This document shows positions 1 to 8,473 of a stretch of 30,792 bases of DNA, piece by piece. Source of the stretch: Paraspadella gotoi (taxonomy: Eukaryota > Animalia > Chaetognatha); NCBI GenBank assembly GCA_051294375.1, contig JBJCIZ010000880.1, positions 1 to 30,792 of the forward strand, written 5' to 3'. Each line of letters begins with the position of its first letter. The stretch's first letter is position 1. The notes under the pieces are model-generated. The model searched no databases. It saw only the letters and a list, made by a program, of their open reading frames with translations, and had not been told where the DNA came from. The position numbers and the translations under genes were made by a program.

Positions 1-553
1 TTCTTCTTGCTCCAAAAATTCTTTGTTTTATACCACTTGATGAGAAGTGATTGTCATACAGTTTGGCGCAGAGATCACAATGACTCAATGCAACTACCTT
101 TGTTTCATTTCCCATAACAAAAGAGTGGTGCCTCCTATCTACACAAATTTATTGTACTCGTTTTTTTCACCACTTGTTTATTCTCTTTCATAATAAACTT
201 GATTATAAACTAGATATGCACGTTTTCTTTATCATTTATTCATCTTTTACGTCATTTGAGATTTAGAAAACCTTGCCCCATGTTAAAGCCAGTTCAACCT
301 ACTGCAGATTAATTTAATCCTAAGATAATTTAAAATTTAAATTCTTCTTGCTCAAAAAATTCTTTGTTTTATCTTGAAAGTCATTGTACCAATGATCATT
401 GGCGTGGATGGCTTTAAGATGCTCCCCCAATTCCTTAGGACTGAAGAGATTCAATCAACATGGCAGATTTCTTTAGTCTCCCCGCCACGAACTACAGTTA
501 CTGCTATCGTCTGGGACAGAATTACATACATGTATGTTTTCTCTGTAACTTAA
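1..553. repeat. Internally deleted units of the ~800-bp tandem repeat family
   Basis: Shares GGCGCAGAGATCACAATGAC, GTTAAAGCCAGTTCAACCT and ATCGTCTGGGACAGAAT with the array at 28150-30792; jumps at ~140 and ~372 skip parts of the unit. Confidence 0.9.
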
Positions 554-780
554 TCTTTTCAAATAGAGTTTTAAAAACTCTAGTAAAACTTGAAGCGATT
601 CAACATCTGGTATCAAGATTTGGAGTTTAAACTATCATTTAAATTTGAAATATTGAGGAGGCGTATCTCAAAGAGCTATTATCGGTTTTTTTAAATATCA
701 TTGAAGAGATTCCTTGGGCTTATTTCAGCTTCAGATGAGAACAAGGTTTCAGTAGTGTTTAATCTCGACTTGATATTAAG

Positions 781-1221
781 TTACATAGCCAAGATGCAGC
801 AGCGAATTGCTGCGATGGCGACGCCGATTAAACGGTGGGCGTCGTTGCATAGGGATGGTGCTGATAGCCGCGCGGCATTCAGAACGTCTTTCGCGGCGGT
901 TATGATGTCCTCGACGTTGACCTCCCCTTCAAATCGCGTTTGCGTGGTGGCGTCAGCAACTTTAACATTTACTGTTGAAGCCACAGCATCGACCATGTTA
1001 ACTTTGTCTGTCACGGAAGAAGCATCACTGCATTTGTTGGTGTTGGTGACCATGGAGGAGTCCGAAAAGAAAACTGTCTTAGTAGAGGTGGAGACATTGA
1101 ATCTTTTCTCTCTTAGGGTTTCGGTTGAGGCATCAAGTGTTTTGAATGAGTTGGTTGAGGTTGACGCCTCTCTTTTGGGGAGCCCCCAAACGGGAGGCGG
1201 CGCCTTTACTAGTGATGCTAC
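781..1221 (-). CDS. Putative coding segment (146 sense codons, first ATG only at 1053) with seven 12-aa repeats resembling LC8/dynein light chain binding motifs
   Basis: GC-richer island. The frame of ORF 781..1053 stays open upstream to 1221: REASTST NSFKTLDASTET LREKRFNVSTST KTVFFSDSSMVT NTNKCSDASSVT DKVNMVDAVAST VNVKVADATTQT, then a helical-looking tail ending RCCILAM*. Confidence 0.55.
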   Translation of the reverse strand, partial: VASLVKAPPPVWGLPKREASTSTNSFKTLDASTETLREKRFNVSTSTKTVFFSDSSMVTNTNKCSDASSVTDKVNMVDAVASTVNVKVADATTQTRFEGEVNVEDIITAAKDVLNAARLSAPSLCNDAHRLIGVAIAAIRCCILAM

Positions 1222-1224
1222 TTA

Positions 1225-2939
1225 GAGCTCCCAAAAATATCATACATTTATGAAAGTTCCTAATACCTGCAAAGTTTCTTGTGCCAAATTTAGTGGAGAA
1301 AACGATTATCACAATAAAAAAATATTCCGGATGCTCATTATAGATTTTCCACGCCAGTTTTTGAGACGAACCACTTCCAGTTTTAAAAATTCAGGATTTT
1401 TGGAAAAAATGAGCTGTTATTCAACCAGCATACTTAAATTAATCAAAATAAAGTTACCGAATAACCTTAATATTACATTTTGTTTTGGTTTAAAAAATAA
1501 GGTTATAAAAATATTATTACAAAAGGCTTCAAGTTAAAAATTCATAATTTTTTTTAAGCCAAATCGGCCCTAACCAAACTACTCCACTAATTTTAATAAT
1601 TACTATCTGTGTTAAACAAATAGAACTGTCAAGGAATTTTATATCTTTAATCTTTAAACCAAGATATTGGCCTTTATAAAAGTTTACCAAGTGATGCAAA
1701 AAAGAATGTAGCGAATTAGATGTAGGTGACTTGGCCTTTGCAGCTTGCAAGCCCTCACCTCAACCTAACCCTAAACCGGGCCCTAAACCAACCTTTAATC
1801 TTAATCAGTTTCCATAGCTGGGAATATCTAACCAAACCCTAGCTCTAACCCTAACGTGGGCTTCTTGTCTCACCCCAATCCGAATCTTAACCCGAAGCAA
1901 CCTCTCTCCTAACCTTAACCAAGCTAGTGTACTTCCTGCTGAACCTACCCCAAACCGGTCTCTGATCCAAAACCCTAATCATTTTCCTTTGCTAGTAACA
2001 TCTGCCCGAGAGCCACTTCCTTAGCCCTCACCCTAACCTTTGCCTCCTGTTTCATGCCAGAACCCTAAACCGACATCACTCCAGGACTCCCCACAACCCT
2101 CACCTCAGCCTGAGGTTCACCTCTGAGCCTCAACTGAGGCATCCCTGCCTCCTGGCCATCAATAAGGCTAAATTTTAATCTTTATTTCCTTCCCCAGTAG
2201 CTTCCCTAACCCTAACCCAAGCTTCCTGTCCTTTTCTGAGCCGGTCCAAATGCACCTAATCATGGCAACCTGGCCAAATGATAATTTTGCTATTAGCTTG
2301 TACTAGGGACATTAAGATTAGGGTTGAGGCTTGCAAATGAAAAAAAGGCCTGGGCTTAAGGTTTAGGTTGGGGAGAGGTTAAGGGTTAAGGTTGAGGGAG
2401 GCTTGCTAGCCACCAAAGGCCAAAGCGCCTCCTATCTAATTAGTCACTTTCTTTTGCATCATTTGGCAAACCTTTAAAGGCCAATATCTTGCTTAAGGAT
2501 TAAAATATTTAAAATCCCTTAGAGTTTTATTGTATAACCAAAATCCATACTTTTCTTATAAAATCTTATTAGAATTTTTAGAGTAATTTGGTCAGGGATG
2601 ATTTGGCTTAAAAAAACTAATAATTTCTAATTTTAAGTTTTTCGTAATAATAATTTTTTAACCTTATTTATAAACCACAACAAAAAAATTAGTAATAAGG
2701 TTATTAATAACTTTATTTGCTTAATTTAAGTATACTGGCTGAATAACAGCTCATATTTTTCCAAAAATTCTGAATTTTTAAAACCGGAAGTGGTACGACG
2801 CAAAAACTGGCGTGGAAAATCCACTAAGAGCATTCACGGATATTTTTTATTGAGATATTCGTTTTCTCCACTAAATTTGGCACAAGAAACTTTGCAGGTA
2901 TCAGGAACTTTCAAAAATGCATGGTATTTCTAGGAGCTC
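1225..2939. mobile_element. Foldback-type non-autonomous DNA element with ~550-bp imperfect inverted arms
   Basis: 1225-~1790 is the reverse complement of ~2370-2939 (e.g. ACCTGCAAAGTTTCTTGTGCCAAATTTAGTGGAGAAAACGA vs TCGTTTTCTCCACTAAATTTGGCACAAGAAACTTTGCAGGT). Both ends read GAGCTC flanked by TA. No transposase ORF. Confidence 0.8.
1750..2400. repeat. Degenerate telomere-like CCCTAA/TTAGGG motifs in the foldback core
   Basis: AACCTAACCCTAAACC, CTAACCCTAAC and CCCTAACCCTAACCC on the left switch to TTAGGGTTGAGG and TAAGGGTTAAGG after ~2310. Confidence 0.7.
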
Positions 2940-3157
2940 TATAAATGCTAGTGCCACTGGGGCGGGTGCGGCTCCTAAGAGGCGTTGCTGTTGTCCATTT
3001 CTCCACTTTTGTTTTCATTTGTTTTTGCGAGAAAAAGACGTCGCAAAAGTTTTTTTTAATTTCTTCTGAAGTAAACGCGAAAACATAATTGATTTTCCCT
3101 TGTCGCTTATTTTAAGATCCGTCATTTGGGAAAAGAATCTCAATCTTTTTAAAACTT

Positions 3158-5707
3158 CTGGTTAAACAAATGACTGTCAATAGGATTTTAATCTTTACTT
3201 TTTAACTCAAGATTACCTGTGGCGAGAGTAAAAAGTTAGCGTATGTATTGGGCATCGAGAGATGCTTGAGTATAATTAGAATGGAGTAAAGGTCGGTTGG
3301 AAATATGACATTGAGTCAATTCTGCTAAGCTTGAGCCTCTCACGTACAATCAACCCTAAACTTGAGCTCTCAAAGCTCACGCGGGCCCAACCAACCTTTG
3401 AATCTTCAATCCAGTTTCACATAAGGCTGGGAATGATCTAACCAATACTCCTAGCTCTAACCCTAACGTGGGCTTCGTTGTCTCAAACCATCCGAATCTT
3501 TAACACAGAGCCAAACGTCTCTCGCTCTAACCTTTAATCCTTAATTCAGTGTTCCAATATGCTGGATCAAATCTAAACTAAACCCTATAGCTCTAAAAAC
3601 GCCTTAACGTGGGCGATTCTTGTTCTCCATTACCATACTTCTTTAAGCTTGCCAAAAATCACGAAATCTTTGAACTGAGTCTGGTAGAAGTTCCGCACGA
3701 GCAAAGACCTCTTGTGTCTGGGATATCTCCTAAGCAACCTTAACCATCATAGCTTATTTGATGGATAGTACTATGTTTACCTGCTGTATATTCTTTTAAT
3801 TTTGTGGGCCCGACCGGATCCTTACGCCGGTTTTTGTATTGCAGGATACCTCTAATAGGAGGAATTTTATACCTTGGCATATTAGAATAAAACATGTAGC
3901 ACAACATGTATACAGTGTATAGCCACTTGTCGCTTATGCCCTCACCTAACGCTTTGCTCGCTATTGTAATTCAAAATGTCACCAGAGCACACTTTTCATC
4001 TATAAAATACTTCGTGTCATATTACAATACTTCACTACATGAAGAACTGCCCTCCTCTTTTCTGGATTAAAATACACAGCACCCTCACACCAAAATCATC
4101 AGCCTAATTAAGCAGGTTCACCATCTGAGCACTACAACTGTATGTGCATCGACTTCCACTGTGCACTCCATAAGGTACCTTATTTTGCCAGGAATATGAA
4201 TTTGACACCCACTCTCTTTAATCGTAAGTTAAGTTATCCTTTTCTTGTCCCCAGTAAGCAGTGTATGTTCTCCTAATTGCTTCTTAGCTAACCGCTCCAA
4301 TGTCTGTTCCTCGTCCTTTATTTACTAGAAGACGCGACTCAAAAAATTGCGAACTCTCTATATCGATTTTTAAGGCAACATCTGTTCTTGTGTTCCAATA
4401 TTTGATAAAGATATTTTGCTGAGTTTTTTAGACTTGTATCATGGAAGAACAGTTTAAGAATTAGGGTTGAGAAAGTTTCGCTTGCACAAATGAAATATAA
4501 AGAACCAGCCTGGTGTCTAAGGTTTGTAGTGAATTAGGGTGGTAAGTATGAGGTTTATAGGAGTTAAAAGTTGTTGAGTGGAAGGCTTGTACTAAGCATC
4601 ACATGAAGTTAGCAAAAAAAAGGGTTACACAAGAGGCCTCCTATCTATTAGTCACTTTCTTTTTGGCATCATTTTGTGACAAAACATTTATAAAGACCAA
4701 TATCTTGGCTCTTAAGGAAGTTATTATAATAATAGTTAAAAAAAACAAACCATTAGAGTTTTTATTGTGTAATTATCCAAACTCAAATCACTAATTTAAA
4801 TTTTCTTTATCAAAAGTCTAAATAGAATTTTTTAGAGTAATTGTGGGTCAACCAAGATTCTTTTTTTTCAATGGGGAGTGATTTGGCATTTTAAAAAAAT
4901 ACTAATAATTCTAATTTTTTTTATAGTGGGTTTGTTGTCCGTAATGAATAATTTTTTAACGCTTATTTTAATAAACGCGAAGGAGCACAACAAAAAAAAA
5001 AATATTATGTCAATAAGGTTTATTTAATAGATTTATATGTTGCTTATTGATAAACCGCCTATAAAAACTGGAGCAAAGAATAACGTAGCTCATAGTTTAT
5101 ACTTTATTAAACCAAAAATTTCTGAATTTTTTAAAAACCGAGTAACGAACGTAAGTGGCTACGGTGTACGCAAATACTATAAAAGGTCGTTTTTGATAAG
5201 ATATCAAAAATTTGACTCCAATATACTCGTAATTTAGAAAGCCTAGGTCAAATAGAGTCAGATATAGTAGAAAAACGAGATATTAAGATGGCATTTCAGC
5301 TGGGGTTCAGTTTGTTGCCGAAGGATATTCTTTTTAATGTGAGAGTATAATACGCTTTCTCCGAGCTTACATCTTGGCACAAGAAACTTTGCCAGAATCA
5401 GGAACTTTCAAAATGCAAGGTATAGTTTCTAGGAGCTCTATAAATGCTATTCACTTCGGCTCATCTCCCTCGGAGAGCGGTTCGGGAGATGAATGCGACT
5501 GTGCCGCTCAAACTACTCTCATAACAGATGTAGTGGCGTCCTCTGACACTCGTATCGAGATCCCATAATTCCAAAAACTCTACAAAACTCACTTTTGCTT
5601 TATTCATTGTTATTCCGCCAGAGATGACCAAACAAGTACATCCTGATCCTCTGAGCTAAATAGGATAGTTTTTTTTTTTTCAGGAGTTTTGCGATGCTGA
5701 CTAGGAC
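3158..5707 (+). repeat. Insertion-riddled direct copy of ~1608-3090 (probable raw long-read fill)
   Basis: Colinear landmarks (GTTAAACAAA, AGCTCTAACCCTAACGTGGGC, GGCACAAGAAACTTTG, TAGGAGCTCTATAAATGC) are stretched from ~1.5 to ~2.5 kb; 3076-3157 reappears cleanly at 5707-5786. Confidence 0.85.
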
Positions 5708-5801
5708 GCGAAAACATAATTGATTTTCCCTTGTCGCTTATTTTAAGATCGTCATTTGGGAAAAGAATCTCAATCTTTTTAAAACTCGACATTAAATTCT
5801 A

Positions 5802-6786
5802 TATATGATTCCCCCTGTTCGCCCACTCAACGGGTCAGGCGGAGCCTCCCAGCAGGCAAAATGGACGCACGATACCCGCGGATCTCCGAGCCTACAGCAA
5901 CTCGGTGTGAATCCTTCTCACACTGGGCGTCGCCCAAAAACGACGGCTGGCAGGAGGAGGAGAGAAGTCTGTATCTCCTGCAGCCAAAGCAGCACCTAGA
6001 ACAGGCATCTCTACCCGCATCGTCGTCAGGCGAGAGAAGGGATTTGCCGCAGAGCTTACTGGACACGCAGAAGATATTAGAGTGGCATTGGGCAATGCAT
6101 GTTTCCAGGCGGCTCGCTACCCAGATCCTGGACAATCTCGTCTCCATAACAATATCCTCTTCAACCTATGACAAGTCAATGACCGATCAGCATCGTCAAC
6201 GTCCTGCCTTTTGCCAGGCCGGGGGGGGCCAGCCTCATTTTGAGCGTCTTTCTCTTTCTTATTTTCCTCTTCCCTCTGTAACTTAGCTATCCGCTAACCA
6301 CATATTCAAATTCTTTCCACTATAATTTCATCTGTTAATAGTTAAATATGTTTAGTTTTAATCCCTTAAATTTGTTATTTAATCCTTAAATCTGTTAATT
6401 ATTTAATTTATTTGTTATACATATTACAAAAATGTAACTAATTTTCTCTCCCTCTGTCATCTCTCAATAATTTCACGCATTCCATTTTTTCAAAAACGCA
6501 CTTTTCCCTCCTCTTCTCTCCCGCTTAACCCTCACCGTGTCCTCAATCTGACCCTGTCCTTTTCACTCCTGTGTTGGAAGCTTTATACTTTTTTCTCTTC
6601 TATTTCTATGCTCTCTCATCGTTCTCTCTCTCTTTCTCCCTCAATACTCAATTGTTAGAGAGAAAACTGACTTGTTAATGAAACAAACGCTGATGAAGGC
6701 TTAAAGGCAAGAGCCGAAACATGGTTCCCAATTGTGAATAAATCGTTGTTTAAAACAAAGATCAAAACTTTGTTTTCTCTAAACAT
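5802..6786 (+). mobile_element. 5'-truncated Penelope-like element (PLE1): degenerate GIY-YIG-like remnant, CT-rich 3' UTR and hammerhead ribozyme
   Basis: GC-rich frameshifted segment (VCISC, GERRDLPQSL resembling the IGET..L..R motif), pyrimidine-rich UTR, ribozyme core at 6690-6719. Flanked by the direct repeat CATTAAATTCTA (5790-5801, 6812-6823); absent from the homologous site at ~17055-17070. Confidence 0.8.
6684..6735 (+). ncRNA. Minimal type-I hammerhead ribozyme of PLE1
   Basis: CTGATGA-A-GGCT(taaaggcaag)AGCC-GAAA-CATGGTTC. Core and stem II are intact; stem III has one extra base relative to the other two (possibly an error) and stem I is weak. Confidence 0.75.
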
Positions 6787-6811
6787 NNNNNNNNNNNNNN
6801 NNNNNNNNNNN
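6787..6811. other. 25-N assembly gap (also 15841-15865 and 20676-20700)
   Basis: Exactly 25 N each. The flanks here overlap (AAACAT / CATTAAA), and sequence after 15865 restarts at the equivalent of 14366. Confidence 0.95.
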
Positions 6812-7279
6812 CATTAAATTCTAAATTTCCGTTTCGTAGCCCGTCGCTGGTGAATTTAATGTATTTTTTGCTTGCGACATCCTTAACGTTTCTGGGAGAT
6901 ACATCGAATAAAGCTTTGTCATTTCCCACTTTGGTCATTAGAATTCCGTTGACAAGGTGGACGTATGTCGCGAAAAGTTCCGTTGTGTTTTCTATTTTTT
7001 TATTTTTATTTTATTTTTGAATCAGAAGGAATTTTGCGTATCCTCGTTGGGCTCACCAGTTATGTAGTGGTACATAATAACATGTATTAACAATAACGCA
7101 TAACAGATAGAGACGTTAATGATGAAGGTTGTGAGAAGAGACTGATGAGAGAGAGAGAGCCAATGACCAAGTAAAGAGAGAGAGAGAGTGAGAGACTGTT
7201 CAGTAACCGGCTTCTCTCGCGACCCTACAACAGTGACCAATTTGGGTCAACCCCGTGGTAGCGAAACCTTCATCGCCAT

Positions 7280-7845
7280 ACAATTTGAAAAAATGATGCC
7301 AGTTAAAAAAAAGATGCAAATTGAAAGATTGTTGCAAGCTGAAAGAATGATGCAAGTTGAAAAATAGATGCAAATTGAAAAAATTATGAAAGTTGAAAAA
7401 ATGATGCAAATATTAAAAATAATGCAATTTTGAAAAATGATGCGAGTTAAAAAAATTATATGCAAGTTGAAAAAATGACGCAAATTGAAAAAAAGATGCG
7501 ATTTAAAAAAATGATGCAAGTTAAAAAATGATGCAAGTGTGGCGGTATATTCACACTGCCTCACGTCCACCATCCGTCAGCCAAATCCATTGGCTCAGGG
7601 GGAACACACCATCCCAGGCATAGTGTTCCATCCACAGTCCTAACGACTTCCCTCTGCGTTGGCAAAGCGAGACCGTCCGAGGGTAACGGCGCCAGTTACT
7701 GGAAGCGTCACTGAGGGTCGGAAGCCCCCAAAGCCAACAGTGAGATGCCCCATCCCAGTGAGCATCACAGGCAACCCGGCTGTTGCCTTACAAGTTAAAA
7801 AATGATGCAAGTTGAAAAAATGATGCAAGTGGAAAAATGATAATA
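7280..7845. repeat. ~19-20-bp minisatellite (AAAAATGATGCAAGTTGAA) interrupted by a GC-rich insert
   Basis: About 13 units at 7280-7537 and 3 at 7791-7845; noisy copies at ~12900-13720 and 17650-18280. Confidence 0.9.
7538..7792. mobile_element. GC-rich ~255-bp insert bounded by TGT...ACA (solo LTR-like or unclassified short element)
   Basis: Sharp composition change inside the minisatellite; starts TGTGGC, ends GCCTTACA; terminal hairpin GGCAAC-ccggct-GTTGCC; no convincing TSD. Confidence 0.35.
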
Positions 7846-7907
7846 ATTAAAAAAAATTTTGTACTTTATTTGTAATTATTTTTATTATAGTTTTTCTTTA
7901 TTTATTT

Positions 7908-8165
7908 ATTTAGCCGATTACCACTTAATTATCGTGGGCAGATCCGACATTGTTTGCTCAAACTTATTTAACTTTAACCTAATTTTTATTCATATTTATT
8001 AATAAGTATAGCTAACTTTTTATAAAATATAAAATTTTTAAATAAACTTAGCAAAATATTTATTTTTCTATTATTCACTTTGTCGGTCTGTCGGTCCGTC
8101 CCCTCAATCTTATTGGGCATTTATTTATATCATATCAGAACAATGAATTCTGATAAATTATGCAG
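7908..8165 (+). mobile_element. Fragment of a Helentron-associated/DINE-1-like non-autonomous element
   Basis: 8070-8165 (ACTTTGTCGGTC...CCCCTCAAT...GATAAATTATGCA) is homologous to 23295-23390; GTCG/GTCT short repeats; cut off by the PLE2 tail. Confidence 0.55.
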
Positions 8166-8473
8166 ATTCGAAAAACGAAAGTTTTTAATATTTTACAACG
8201 ATTTTATTACAAATTATTGAACATGTTTCGACTCTTGTCCTCATCAGCATTTGACAGTTATAATTTTCACATTTATAAAGTTGAGGAGAGAGAGAGTAAG
8301 AGAGAGAGAGAGAGCGAGAGAGAGTTTCCAACAAAGAATTGAGAAGGGACAGTGGTCAGATTTTAAGACAGGTGAAGGTAAGGACAGGAAAAAGGGGAAA
8401 TGAGTTAATTTTTGTGAAATGGTGAAAATGAGAGAGAAAGAGAAAGTGAGAGGGAGAAAGAGATAGAGAGAGG
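8166..8473 (-). mobile_element. PLE2: short 3'-end fragment related to PLE1, opposite orientation
   Basis: The reverse complement shares AATCTGACC(A)CTGTCC, TGTTGGAA, a CT-rich tract, the ribozyme and AATAAA(A)TCGTTGT...AAAACTTT with 6440-6786. Repeated at ~14045-14370 and ~18640-19000. Confidence 0.75.
8210..8253 (-). ncRNA. Minimal type-I hammerhead ribozyme of PLE2
   Basis: Minus strand: caaatg-CTGATGA-G-GAC(aaga)GTC-GAAA-CATG-TT-caataatttg. Palindromic stem III (ACATGT), GUU triplet, bulged stem I. Confidence 0.85.

Noticed and set aside
701-1225. 174-aa plus-strand ORF
   Set aside because: TTG start and reads as the antisense shadow of the minus-strand repeat frame, which has the interpretable motif.
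1750-2400. True telomere or telomere fusion
   Set aside because: The motifs are sparse and degenerate and lie inside a foldback element.
7143-7210. CTGATGA as a further hammerhead
   Set aside because: Followed by GA microsatellite, with no stem II or correctly placed GAAA.
7538-7792. HDV-like ribozyme or 7SL RNA
   Set aside because: CCTCACGT lacks a closing P3 helix; the 7SL resemblance is limited to a few short words on inconsistent strands.
7280-7845. CRISPR-like array, and ORFs 7200..7409 and 7247..7573
   Set aside because: Units abut without unique spacers and there are no cas genes; the ORFs are translations of the minisatellite.
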